Assembly (NCBI GenBank): GCA_964518165.1
Contig: CAZFFN010000086.1
Span: 6,408 to 70,407 of the forward strand
Origin: an uncultured Thermoplasmatales archaeon
GTDB taxonomy: Archaea > Thermoplasmatota > E2 > DHVEG-1
Reading direction: 5' to 3'
Length of the DNA: 64,000 nt
Shown here: positions 50,404-61,574 of the stretch, piece by piece
Numbering within the stretch: the stretch's first letter is position 1
Layout of the letters: the number at the start of each line of letters is the position of its first letter
The notes under the pieces: generated by a model
Database searches by the model: none
What the model was told of the DNA's origin: nothing
The model's input: the letters and a program-made list of their open reading frames with translations, nothing else
Translations under genes and position numbers: made by a program

Positions 50404-50877
50404 ATGACTGAAACAATTGAAGCACTAGTTGAAGGAGGAAAAGCAACTGCAGGTCCGCCTTTAGGTCCAGCACTTGGTCCTTTAGGTGTAAACATAATGG
50501 AAATCATTAATACTATAAACGATAAAACAAAAGAATTTAATGGTATGAAAGTACCTGTTAAAGTTATTGTTGACCCGAAAACTAAGAAATTTGAAGTAAA
50601 TGTTGGAACACCACCAGCTGCATCACTTATTTTAAAAGAATTGGGTGCAGAAAAAGGATCTGGTGCTCCATCTTCACATAAAATTGGCGATTTAACTGTT
50701 GATCAAGCAATTAAAGTTGCAAAAATGAAATATGATAATCTTCTTGGAAAAGAATTAAAACATAAAACTAAGGAGATCATCGGAACTTGTGTATCCCTTG
50801 GTGTAACTGTTGAAGGGAAAAAACCACAAGAAATACAAAAATTAATTGATGACGGGGAATTTGATTCTAAATTTTAA
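50404..50877 (+). CDS. rpl11: Ribosomal protein uL11
   Basis: GGKATAGPPLGPALGP, IIGTC.SLG. Confidence 0.98.
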   Translation: MTETIEALVEGGKATAGPPLGPALGPLGVNIMEIINTINDKTKEFNGMKVPVKVIVDPKTKKFEVNVGTPPAASLILKELGAEKGSGAPSSHKIGDLTVDQAIKVAKMKYDNLLGKELKHKTKEIIGTCVSLGVTVEGKKPQEIQKLIDDGEFDSKF

Positions 50878-51082
50878 TATCGATTCTATTATCAATTTCT
50901 TTTTTGATTTCTTCATATTTTTTAGGATTTTCTAGTATTCTTTTTTTCATACGAGTATCTGGTTCACCTGATAGAATATCTTCTCTTATCAGCCTTTGTT
51001 CTTTCTCTATTGCTCTAAGTCTTTCGTTTATGCTATTTATTTCTTGCAAAAGTTTTGTTAATAAATTATCTACGTCATCCAT
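50867..51082 (-). CDS. Small coiled-coil hypothetical protein
   Basis: 71-aa helical ORF, convergent 11-nt overlap with rpl11. Confidence 0.5.
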   Translation of the reverse strand: MDDVDNLLTKLLQEINSINERLRAIEKEQRLIREDILSGEPDTRMKKRILENPKKYEEIKKEIDNRIDIKI

Positions 51083-51119
51083 CCGATTAAAAGAATATTC
51101 TATTGTCTTATTAATCTTA

Positions 51120-51791
51120 TTATATCCTTTTTAGTCCTCTGTGAAAAAATTGATTTATACTTTTGATCATTCTTCCTCTGCGGTATTCCATTGGTAACGT
51201 TTTTCCTTCTCCCCAAGTATTTCTCTTTTCTATTTCAGAGATAACGGCCTCTATTGATTTATCGTCTGTATCACATGTTGTATATGCAAGCCCGCAGTAT
51301 TCAGGTACATGGGAGTCTGTTCCACCTGTTCCACCTAGGTTGTATCTTTTTGCAGTTTTAGAGGTTTTAAAATTTGACTTGTTTACACTGCAGGAATTAA
51401 ATACTTCAATAGCTGATATTTTGGGTTGAATTTTTTTTAGTTTTTTTTCTTTTATTCCTGACATTGATCTATATAGATGAGGTACAATAGGCGTTCCGCC
51501 TTTTTTTATTATTTCATCAACTGTTTCTTCAACAGATAGATTCCGGGGAATATTTTCTTTAACATTTAATGCTATTAGATGCCCATCTTTAGTTGAAATT
51601 TCCACACCGGGTATTACAATAAAATCTTTAGGACAATCTTTAAGTCCTTTAAGCCCACCTTCTACTGTATTGTGATCAGTTATTGCAATGCCATCAAGGC
51701 CCTTTTTTTTAACTTGCTTAATTATTTCTTTAGGTTCTCCAATAGCATCCTCAGAATACTTTGAGTGAATATGTAAATCAAGTTTTAACAT
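51120..51791 (-). CDS. PHP-domain metal-dependent phosphoesterase
   Basis: DLHIHS, ITDHN, PGVEIST, GGTDSH. Confidence 0.93.
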   Translation of the reverse strand: MLKLDLHIHSKYSEDAIGEPKEIIKQVKKKGLDGIAITDHNTVEGGLKGLKDCPKDFIVIPGVEISTKDGHLIALNVKENIPRNLSVEETVDEIIKKGGTPIVPHLYRSMSGIKEKKLKKIQPKISAIEVFNSCSVNKSNFKTSKTAKRYNLGGTGGTDSHVPEYCGLAYTTCDTDDKSIEAVISEIEKRNTWGEGKTLPMEYRRGRMIKSINQFFHRGLKRI

Positions 51792-51817
51792 ATATTACTC
51801 CAGAGTTTTTATTTTTC

Positions 51818-51856
51818 ATATCAAATATGATATAAAGATTATATCAAATATGATAT
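51818..51856. promoter_or_regulatory. Tandem palindromes ATATCA-N4-TGATAT
   Basis: Identical 16-mers at 51818-51833 and 51841-51856. Confidence 0.6.
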
Positions 51857-51862
51857 TAAATA

Positions 51863-51935
51863 TGCGGGCACTGGGATTTGAACCCAAGTAATAGCCTTGG
51901 CAAGGCTATGTGATACCAGACTACACTATACCCGC
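51863..51935 (-). tRNA. tRNA-Gly(GCC)
   Basis: GCGGGTA/TGCCCGC acceptor; TAGCC-TTGCCAA-GGCTA; GGTTCAAATCC. Confidence 0.96.
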
Positions 51936-51983
51936 AATTTTTTAAAATTTAGAAACCATGAAACCTTATTCCCTTAAAAAGCG

Positions 51984-53312
<1,329 letters not shown>

Positions 53313-53363
53313 TTTCCTCCCGATATTATTAAATATAATTTATTTCTTTAGAGATTAATACAT

Positions 53364-54326
53364 ATGAAACGCCAGCAACTAATAAACCAGATAAGACAAA
53401 CGCTTACAAATGCAGGTTTCTATGTCTCTGAACTATGTTCAATGAGGCCAATTGGGTTTGACTTAGTTGCAAGAAGGGACAACTCACTATTAATAATAAA
53501 AGTTTTGACAAATATCAATGCAATGTCTGAAGAAGTTGCAAACGAACTAAACACACTTTCTAATTTACTAAAGGGATGCCCGATATTAATTGGTGAGAGA
53601 AAAGGCACAGGTATACTTGAAGAAGATGTAGTATATGATAGGTTTGGCATTCAAGCAATATCACATGCAACACTAAAAAATCATCTTTTAGAAGGAATAC
53701 CTTTAGAAGTATATGCTGCACCTGGTGGTTTATATGTACATTTAGATAGTGAAAAAATAAAAAAATTAAGAAAAGAAAATAGTATCTCGCTTGGTTCATT
53801 TGCAAGATCCCTTAGAGTATCAAGAAGAACAGTTCAGATGTATGAAGAAGGAATGAACTCAAGTATAGAAATTGCATTTAGAATTGAAGATGCACTAGGA
53901 GCACAAGTAACTCTTCCAATTGATATTCTAAAAACACCTCTAAGAAAGAAGATCCTTTCAGGCAGAGGTAAACAATCAGAATTATTTAGGGAATTTCAAA
54001 AAGAGATCTTTTCAATACTTAAAACAGTTGGATACAAAGTCATACCAATGGAACGTGCTCCTTTTGAAGCAGTAAGCCAAGATAAGAAAAAAATACTATT
54101 AACATGTGTGGATAGATATGATAGAAAACTACTGAAAAAAGCACATGTAATAAGTAGTATTTCAAAAATCACAGAAAAACATGCTGTACTAATTACTGAT
54201 AAAGATGTAAATAAGAAAAATATTAAAGGAACGCCATTAATTGTAAAAAAAGAACTAAAAAAGACCCGGGGACCAGAAGAATTATTGGAATTAATACTCG
54301 AAAGATTGTATAATAACAAAGAATAA
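53364..54326 (+). CDS. Conserved archaeal HTH (Cro/C1) transcriptional regulator with PD-(D/E)XK-like N-domain
   Basis: FDLVARR, YAAPGG.YV, SLG..A..L.VSRRTV.MYE.G. Confidence 0.88.
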   Translation: MKRQQLINQIRQTLTNAGFYVSELCSMRPIGFDLVARRDNSLLIIKVLTNINAMSEEVANELNTLSNLLKGCPILIGERKGTGILEEDVVYDRFGIQAISHATLKNHLLEGIPLEVYAAPGGLYVHLDSEKIKKLRKENSISLGSFARSLRVSRRTVQMYEEGMNSSIEIAFRIEDALGAQVTLPIDILKTPLRKKILSGRGKQSELFREFQKEIFSILKTVGYKVIPMERAPFEAVSQDKKKILLTCVDRYDRKLLKKAHVISSISKITEKHAVLITDKDVNKKNIKGTPLIVKKELKKTRGPEELLELILERLYNNKE

Positions 54327-54432
54327 GGGTTTTTAAACCAAAATTTTATAAATATGATTGTCATTCCCGAGAACTACATTTTCTGTATTTATTGAAGAAA
54401 ATGTGCATACAACCTTACACTCGATGATATCT

Positions 54433-55077
54433 ATGACAGATAAAAAAACTATAGACGTAGTTGAAAAAATATTAGAAGATTCAAAAAAACTTGATCATAA
54501 CTTCAAAGAAAGTATTGACCTAGTTTTTAATTTAAAAAATATTGATTTAAATGTTCCAAAGAATCGTATAGATGAAGAAATAGTTCTTCCACATGGTAGA
54601 GGAAAACAAGCAAAAGTTGCTCTTTTTGCCAGTGGAGAACTTGCGATGAAGAACAAAAAACTTGTTGACTTACTTATTAAACCAGAAGATATCGAAAGTT
54701 TTTCAAGTGATAAAAAGAAATTCAAAAAAATCGCTGAAGAACATGATTTCTTTATCTCAGAGGCTCCATTAATGCCTACTATTGGTAAGAGCCTTGGTAC
54801 AGTTCTTGGTCCTAGAGGAAAAATGCCTAAACCAGTACCACCTGGAGCAGATATTTCAGATACAATTAAAAATCTCAGAAAAACAGTAAAAGTTAGATCA
54901 AAAGCAAATAATACATTTCATACTGTTGCAGGCACATCAGATATGGACAAAAAACAAATCGCAGAAAACATTAATACAATCCTTAGACGGATAGAGGGAA
55001 CACTTGAGAGAGGAAAAATGAACATTAAATCGGCTTATCTTAAAACAACGATGGGTCCAACTGAGAGATTGATTTAG
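54433..55077 (+). CDS. rpl1: Ribosomal protein uL1
   Basis: FKESIDL, LPHGRG, LGPRGKMP, KTTMGP. Confidence 0.98.
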   Translation: MTDKKTIDVVEKILEDSKKLDHNFKESIDLVFNLKNIDLNVPKNRIDEEIVLPHGRGKQAKVALFASGELAMKNKKLVDLLIKPEDIESFSSDKKKFKKIAEEHDFFISEAPLMPTIGKSLGTVLGPRGKMPKPVPPGADISDTIKNLRKTVKVRSKANNTFHTVAGTSDMDKKQIAENINTILRRIEGTLERGKMNIKSAYLKTTMGPTERLI

Positions 55078-55091
55078 GGAGGATTATTTTT

Positions 55092-55937
55092 ATGGCGCAT
55101 GTTGCAGAATGGAAATACGGCGAAGTAAAATCACTTGAAGAGATTATTACCAAAAATAAAGTTGTTGGAATAGTTAACATAGGTGGTATACCTGCACCTC
55201 AACTCCAAAAAATGAGAAGCAATTTAAGAGATACAGCAGAAATTAGATCAGCTAAAAATAAACTTATATTCAGAGCGTTAAAAGAAGCAGGAAAAAAAGT
55301 AAAAGGAATTGAAAATCTTAAGGATCTAGTTGAAGGCCAAACTGCAATTATTTCAACTGAAATGAATCCTTTCAAACTATTCGGTAAACTCAAAGAGACA
55401 AGAACAATGGCACCTGCTAAAGGCGGCGAAATAGCGGATCAGGATATTGAAGTAAAATCAGGAGATACACCATTTAAACCTGGGCCTATTGTTGGAGATC
55501 TACAAAAAGTAGGAATACCTGCAGCAATAGAAAAAGGTAAAGTTGTAATAAAAAAAGATAAAGTTATTGTTCCCGAAGGTGAAGAAATATCTCCAGATAT
55601 TGCAAAGATGCTTACAAGACTTGAAATTTTTCCTATAGAAATTGGTATGGAACTCAATGGAGTATACGAAGATGGGAACATATTCAAACCAGATGTACTT
55701 GATATCGATATGGATGAGTTCTTTGGCGATATCAAAAGAGCAAGTGCAAATGCATTTAATCTAGCAATTGAAACATCGTGGTATAATAAACTTACAATTC
55801 AGCCACTTATTATGAAAGCACATCATAATGCTTTTGCAATAGCACTTGAACAAAACATTCTTACTAAAGAAACAATCAAACATTTACTCGGTAAAGCAAA
55901 CGCTCAAATGAGTAAATTAAAAAATATGAGTTCATAA
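55092..55937 (+). CDS. rplP0: Ribosomal protein uL10/P0
   Basis: MAHVAEWK, GDTPFKPGP, three C-terminal spine helices. Confidence 0.97.
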   Translation: MAHVAEWKYGEVKSLEEIITKNKVVGIVNIGGIPAPQLQKMRSNLRDTAEIRSAKNKLIFRALKEAGKKVKGIENLKDLVEGQTAIISTEMNPFKLFGKLKETRTMAPAKGGEIADQDIEVKSGDTPFKPGPIVGDLQKVGIPAAIEKGKVVIKKDKVIVPEGEEISPDIAKMLTRLEIFPIEIGMELNGVYEDGNIFKPDVLDIDMDEFFGDIKRASANAFNLAIETSWYNKLTIQPLIMKAHHNAFAIALEQNILTKETIKHLLGKANAQMSKLKNMSS

Positions 55938-55961
55938 AAATTAAAAGGAGGAAAATTGAAA

Positions 55962-56285
55962 ATGGAATACATATATAGCGCGATGCTACTTCATTCCGCT
56001 GGAAAAAAAATTACAGAAGAAAATGTAAAAAAAGTATTGACAGCAGCAGGCGTAAAAGCAGATGATTCAAAAATTAAAGCACTCACTGCTTCGCTTGAAG
56101 GCGTTGATATCGAAGAAGCAATAAAAACAGCTTCGGTACCAGCAGCACCTGCCGCATCAACTGGCGGAGAAGCCTCTTCTAAAGAAAAGAAAGATGAAAA
56201 GAAAAAAGAAGAAAAGAAAGAAGAAGATGAAGAAGAGGTATCTGAAGAAGAAGCAGCCGCAGGATTAGGCGCACTATTCGGATAA
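55962..56285 (+). CDS. rpl12: Ribosomal stalk protein P1 (L12)
   Basis: [24 protein letters not shown]. Confidence 0.98.
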   Translation: MEYIYSAMLLHSAGKKITEENVKKVLTAAGVKADDSKIKALTASLEGVDIEEAIKTASVPAAPAASTGGEASSKEKKDEKKKEEKKEEDEEEVSEEEAAAGLGALFG

Positions 56286-56302
56286 TTACATAATTCAAAA
56301 AA

Positions 56303-56331
56303 AGCAACGAGTCTATATTAGGCTCATTGCT
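56303..56331 (+). terminator. Hairpin followed by T-rich tract after rpl12
   Basis: AGCAA-C-GAGTCT/AGGCTC-A-TTGCT stem, then TAATTTTTATT. Confidence 0.45.
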
Positions 56332-56405
56332 ATACTAATTTTTATTAAGCTAATTTTAATTTTTTAAATTTTTCTTTTAATAAACCCTTGTTAGTTTTAA
56401 AAAGA

Positions 56406-56499
56406 TTGGGGGACGGGATGCATATTGATAGGAGGAATGCGCCTCTCAGCGGAAAACAGGTACAGTTTAACCTCCCCAGTATAAACCTTAGTCCCCCAT
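56406..56499 (-). ncRNA. Candidate structured ncRNA of about 95 nt
   Basis: GC-rich island closed by TGGGGGAC/GTCCCCCA; internal helices; TATA-like element upstream; T5 tract downstream on the minus strand. Confidence 0.4.
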
Positions 56500-56573
56500 T
56501 TTTAAAATAAATTCTTTAAATAAATACTTTTTCCAAAAGACTTTCTATCTATTGCTCTCCTTATAAAAAAATA

Positions 56574-58499
56574 TTATTGTGGAGGATATCCTCCAACTTT
56601 TAAGCTTGGATCACCGAGCAAGAGATATTCTTCTATTGTAAAATAATCCTTGAATCTATCTTTCAAGTAGGAGTTTTGAGAGTAAGTAAACATTTCACCT
56701 ACTGTTTTACCTTCATTATATCCTTTGAAAAACATCCAGTCAAGATATCCTGCCCCTGCATGGACTCCTTCTTTGTCAACAAAAGAGTAAGCTGGTCTTG
56801 TTGCACCAATTGTAGCTACTGCTCCACCGTCTTTTTCCATTAAAAACCTCCATGCAAAACATGGCAGATGGTTATCTTGATTTATTTTTACACCAGTCAA
56901 TTTAACAAGCATATCTAGAGGTTTGTAGTAATCAGCTAGATCTCTTAAATTAAAATCAAGTTTAGCTGTAAGACATGCATCAAAAAATATTATTGGTAGT
57001 TTTTCTTGGTTTCTTAAAAAGTTTATAAATGGTGTATAATAAAGAGGATGTGTAAGACCCATATTCTCACGTATTGCATTTGGTTTGTAAGTTCCCCATC
57101 CATGTTCAAAACCGTGGCCTGCATAGCTTAAGAAACCTGCGCCTTTGTTTATTGCTCTATTGAAAGTAAAAGCGTTGAGATTTCTCTTTGAAGCCCACAG
57201 CTTTATATCTTTAAACCCTTTGTCTTCTAGTTCTTCAAAGACTTGTGCGTTATTAATTTCACCTTCATATTCAAAAGCAGGTGAACCTTTTCCGGGTGGG
57301 AAAGTATCTCCGCCTGCAAGAACTATTCTTTTGAACCATTCTTTACCATAGGTTTCAGTTTCATAGGTAATTATTTTTCTCACAACTGTATCTACTTCTT
57401 CTTTGTTTCTACAAGCAAGCCGGCCGATATGAACATCGGGATAAAGGTCTACTTCATCTATAATTGTTACATTTATATTGTTCCATTGCCAGTCATATTC
57501 GATTTGACCAAATATATTATCATTGTTTGTATCCCAACTTGAAAAATTATAGTTAAAATCATATATATCTGCATAATATAAATCGCTTAAAATGCCAGAA
57601 CCATGATATTCATGCCAAGGGTATGCATCTGTCTGTCTTATAGGTGTTTTTCTTATTTCCCCGACAAGTAAAACATATTCAACGCCCCATTCTTCAACAG
57701 CATACTTGACAAAATATTTAATCTGTTCTTGATTGTCTCTACCTTCAAAATTTTCATATATATCCTCGAGAGTGGTTAAATTAGTTTTAACACCAAATGA
57801 ATTTTTATGGTTGATAAGATCTGTTAAATTATCCTTAAAGTAGGCAGGTGTTATAATTGTAAGATCATAAATATCTGGATCATTAAATTCACAGTTTGTT
57901 TGAGTATATTCGATGTCAAACTCGGCATTTGTAATATATTCTAAGATATTTTCATCAGAGCTGTATCTACTAGGATAAATGCTAATTGTTAAAAATTTTA
58001 CATGTTCTCCTTCTTCATTTAATCCTGCTGATTTTTCAATTTCATACCATTCTTCTGGATAAAAACCATTGCTATCCTTTTTAACTATTGATTTAATATC
58101 ATTTTTTATTTCAACTGTATTTGTTTTCATATATTCAAAGACAGGTACTGTTTTAATATCTTCTTCAGATAGATCAATAGTTTCAATCTCTGAATGTGAA
58201 AAATTGATACTTAAAATTTCAGCATTCCAGTTTAACTCATATGTTTTTCTAAAAACAGGTAGGTCAGGTGACCCTTGGATAAATATACGTGAATTTGCTT
58301 CTTCTATTTCTACTTCAAAGGTTCTATCATTTTTTTCAACTATTGGTTCTGAAAAACTTTGAGAGAACTCAATTGTTTCATTTGTTTGAGTGTTTAATTC
58401 TGCTGTTGATAATGAGATCATCGGTGAGATTAATAGCGTCATAGATATTATTGCAAAAAAAGCGTATATTTTGTTTTTATTTCTTTCTGTATTTCTCAT
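56574..58499 (-). CDS. Peptidase C25 (gingipain-like), secreted
   Basis: Signal peptide; IGRLACRN; AGHG and DAC dyad; LLGDPSLKVGG. Confidence 0.92.
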   Translation of the reverse strand: MRNTERNKNKIYAFFAIISMTLLISPMISLSTAELNTQTNETIEFSQSFSEPIVEKNDRTFEVEIEEANSRIFIQGSPDLPVFRKTYELNWNAEILSINFSHSEIETIDLSEEDIKTVPVFEYMKTNTVEIKNDIKSIVKKDSNGFYPEEWYEIEKSAGLNEEGEHVKFLTISIYPSRYSSDENILEYITNAEFDIEYTQTNCEFNDPDIYDLTIITPAYFKDNLTDLINHKNSFGVKTNLTTLEDIYENFEGRDNQEQIKYFVKYAVEEWGVEYVLLVGEIRKTPIRQTDAYPWHEYHGSGILSDLYYADIYDFNYNFSSWDTNNDNIFGQIEYDWQWNNINVTIIDEVDLYPDVHIGRLACRNKEEVDTVVRKIITYETETYGKEWFKRIVLAGGDTFPPGKGSPAFEYEGEINNAQVFEELEDKGFKDIKLWASKRNLNAFTFNRAINKGAGFLSYAGHGFEHGWGTYKPNAIRENMGLTHPLYYTPFINFLRNQEKLPIIFFDACLTAKLDFNLRDLADYYKPLDMLVKLTGVKINQDNHLPCFAWRFLMEKDGGAVATIGATRPAYSFVDKEGVHAGAGYLDWMFFKGYNEGKTVGEMFTYSQNSYLKDRFKDYFTIEEYLLLGDPSLKVGGYPPQ

Positions 58500-58610
58500 A
58501 TTTTGCTCCCCTAAAAAACAAAGCCTATTAACGGCTGTTAATATGATGGATTAGATTGATACTTATAATTTTTTCGTTTTTTTATAAAATACTTTTATAA
58601 TATTTAAATT

Positions 58611-61469
58611 TTACATCCATGAATCAAGACCAGTTTGCTCAGTTACAGCTATATCAGACAGTCCAAAAGCGCCTTTAATATAATTCTGAATCATCTCTTT
58701 ATACCAATCAAGATCGATCTGACTTTTATCCCTCAATAAATCAATAGGATACATATAATCAATAGGTTTAACACCACTTTTAGATGGATTAGGAATGCCC
58801 GGTAAAGAGTTTTTTGTTACAACAAATTTGAATTTTGCTCTACTCTTAATCTTTTCACCAAGTACTTTTTCAAGGGCATTAGCTCTTTTAGCAAAAGTAG
58901 AAAGAGAACCATTCTGATTTGGTTTATATCTACTAGCAGGCTGAACAGATTGAACAAGAGTTAAATCCTTAATATCTACCTTTGATAAATCAAGTTTTGC
59001 GACAATATCTCTAGTTTTATCACCAATCAATTCACGAACTTTTTTTCTTGCATCTTCTTCATCAGACCAGACAGGTATTTCTTTTAAAACTTCCATCATG
59101 ATTTCCTTTAAAACAATACGTGCGACATTTGCTTTATCTGAACCCTTAAAATTATTTCCTTTAGTAAGCATATCGATTTTATCTTTTTTTGAATCAAAAA
59201 TTAGATAATTTTTGTGTTTAACAAAAATCATAGAATCATGCTCTTCAGGTTCAAGTTCAAAATCTTGGTAATTTAGTTCTTTACGCCATTTATTATTGCA
59301 TTCTTCTATTGCTGAAAAAGCAACTTTTGGTTCAGTGATCCATTCTTTACTTTTCTCATCAAATTTTATATCTAGTTTTTTTGCAAAATCTGGAATACTA
59401 GTCATAGATTTAGAGCAGCCTAAATATAGGCCATCTGTATCTGCATATACTACTCTTATTCCCTTATTTTTCAAATAATCAAGAGAATCGGCCATAATTA
59501 CCTGGCCCTTTGTTGTAATTGTTGCTGCTCCCCATAAATTGAATTGTCTACCAGATACGTTGGGTGCACTAAGAATCCCGTGTGTTCCACCATTTCGAGC
59601 TCCTTTTAAACTTTGATACATCATTTTAAATCTTTGAACTTCTTCTTTTTTACCTGTTTTCTTAATCTCCTTTAATTCTTTTTTTACTTTAGCAATCATA
59701 TTCATTATACCTGTCATAGAAGAGTTTACTACACCAGGTTTTTTATCGATTTTTACTCCTATCATATATCCTTTGTCTGCATAAGTGTCTTCTTCAGTTA
59801 CCTTTCTGTATTTAACATCATTTTTTTCAAAAAATTCTCGCGGAATCTTTTTAAGCCATATCCAGTCATCTGGTGTTTCATCTGATTTTGCATATCTTAC
59901 AGTATCAGCACCAATATTCATAGCTTTTAGAATTGTAGGATACATAGCTCCAACGTCAGCTACTACAACATACCACCATGGTATAAAATGAGAATTTGCA
60001 TCTTTATCAGGTTTTATTGTCATTCCACCTGGAAAATGATAATTTAGTTGTTCGTCTCTGTCTTTTGCATTTTCATTGTAGATAACATATGGACTTACCA
60101 TCCATTCAGGCATTTCACTTCCATATTTTACAACTCTTTTAAGTTCCTTAGAAAGTTGCTCTTTTTTATCAATTGACTGCTTGACAATTTTTTCTTTACT
60201 GTTACAACCCCTGTAATATTTAACAAGAGTTTTAGCAGTACCCATTACTCTACATATCGGCGGCATTATCTTTTTTTGATAATACGCACGGATCATGGAC
60301 ATATGATCCCACATATTTACTGCACCAGATGATAAAAGCATATCAAAAGGCATACCAGTTGTAAAAGAAAGAGGTAAAACCTGCTGGATTAGATTTAGGG
60401 TTACGCCGAGTTGTTCTTGAACATCCTGTATATTATATTTCCTTGTTCTATCATCTATATTAATCTGAGAAGGCGGAAGCACAATTCTATCTTTGATATT
60501 AATTCCAAGAAACGGTGCAACAGCTTTTAAGCTAAACTCATTTAAAAATGAATAAAACTTTCTAACACCTAGATATGTATCAAGACTAGTCGGATAAAAC
60601 TGAGTGATCCGGTTTCTTATACCAAAATGAAAAGATTTGTCCTCACGAGCATACTTATTTAAAAATTGCCAGAAGAAATCTTTTTTTTCTTTAGAAATAC
60701 TTTCATTATATGTTTTTAGAATCCATTTGAGCCTGTTATATATTTGAGTATTGTCAAAACCAACTATATTGTGTCCAGAGATAATATCCGCATCTATTGC
60801 CTTTTTACAAAAAGTATAAAGATTATCGATTTCATCATTTGTGTTAGTTGAATCAACTTGCTCTATATCTATACCCAGCCAAGTATCAGGACAATCTATG
60901 ATATCAAAACTAAATTCTTCACTATCTAAATCTTTAGATGATTCAAAACAAACGTTGAAATTTGCATAACCTATCATATCAACTGGTATATTTTCTCTTC
61001 CTTCACCATATTTTGTTGTCTCTATATCATAAACAAGGACATTCAAGGTCTTTTTTTGACCCTTGCTATCAAAAGCCCACATATCTTTATCAATAGATAA
61101 GTCAACTAATGCTCTTTGATGATATGGAATATCATGCTCAGCAGTATATAAACCATAATTAAAAAATAGATAATCACTTACATCTGGAACAAAATATGAT
61201 TTTTTGGTATAAACGCGGAAAACCTTTCTTTTCTTTGAAAAATCACAGAAACTTCTGTATTCTTCTATTTCACCTATGCTTTCTATTTTTGAAAGGGTCT
61301 CTGAATTGCTATCATTAATTTTTTTAATAAGTCTATTTCTTGCTGAATCGATTTTGGAGCTATCTGTGAATGCAAGAAAATATGGTTTATGATAATTAGA
61401 AATCTTAACAGGTTTTTTATCTTTGAAATACAGATAATCAGGTGAAATAGAAAGTAACATATCGTCCAT
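58611..61469 (-). CDS. polB: Family B DNA polymerase, divergent, with intact exonuclease and polymerase carboxylates
   Basis: YDIETTK, GHN..GFD, YN..D; DVGAMYPT, K...N, YADTDG, KHKNY. Confidence 0.9.
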   Translation of the reverse strand: MDDMLLSISPDYLYFKDKKPVKISNYHKPYFLAFTDSSKIDSARNRLIKKINDSNSETLSKIESIGEIEEYRSFCDFSKKRKVFRVYTKKSYFVPDVSDYLFFNYGLYTAEHDIPYHQRALVDLSIDKDMWAFDSKGQKKTLNVLVYDIETTKYGEGRENIPVDMIGYANFNVCFESSKDLDSEEFSFDIIDCPDTWLGIDIEQVDSTNTNDEIDNLYTFCKKAIDADIISGHNIVGFDNTQIYNRLKWILKTYNESISKEKKDFFWQFLNKYAREDKSFHFGIRNRITQFYPTSLDTYLGVRKFYSFLNEFSLKAVAPFLGINIKDRIVLPPSQINIDDRTRKYNIQDVQEQLGVTLNLIQQVLPLSFTTGMPFDMLLSSGAVNMWDHMSMIRAYYQKKIMPPICRVMGTAKTLVKYYRGCNSKEKIVKQSIDKKEQLSKELKRVVKYGSEMPEWMVSPYVIYNENAKDRDEQLNYHFPGGMTIKPDKDANSHFIPWWYVVVADVGAMYPTILKAMNIGADTVRYAKSDETPDDWIWLKKIPREFFEKNDVKYRKVTEEDTYADKGYMIGVKIDKKPGVVNSSMTGIMNMIAKVKKELKEIKKTGKKEEVQRFKMMYQSLKGARNGGTHGILSAPNVSGRQFNLWGAATITTKGQVIMADSLDYLKNKGIRVVYADTDGLYLGCSKSMTSIPDFAKKLDIKFDEKSKEWITEPKVAFSAIEECNNKWRKELNYQDFELEPEEHDSMIFVKHKNYLIFDSKKDKIDMLTKGNNFKGSDKANVARIVLKEIMMEVLKEIPVWSDEEDARKKVRELIGDKTRDIVAKLDLSKVDIKDLTLVQSVQPASRYKPNQNGSLSTFAKRANALEKVLGEKIKSRAKFKFVVTKNSLPGIPNPSKSGVKPIDYMYPIDLLRDKSQIDLDWYKEMIQNYIKGAFGLSDIAVTEQTGLDSWM

Positions 61470-61574
61470 TTTAAGTTGTCCCCTAAAATTACAAAAGCCG
61501 AATACAATAGGATTACTTAAACTCTTAGAATTAGATTTATAATAGGGTTGTTACATTAGACGAATTTGGTTTAT

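Noticed and set aside
56436-56450. TPP riboswitch suggested by GCUGAGAGG
   Set aside because: The downstream CCUGAU/AAU..CAGCG core is absent and no thiamine gene is adjacent.
56418-56504. 28-aa plus-strand ORF MHIDRRNAPL... inside the GC-rich element
   Set aside because: No recognisable motif; the base-pairing, promoter and terminator pattern fits a minus-strand RNA better. Not fully excluded.
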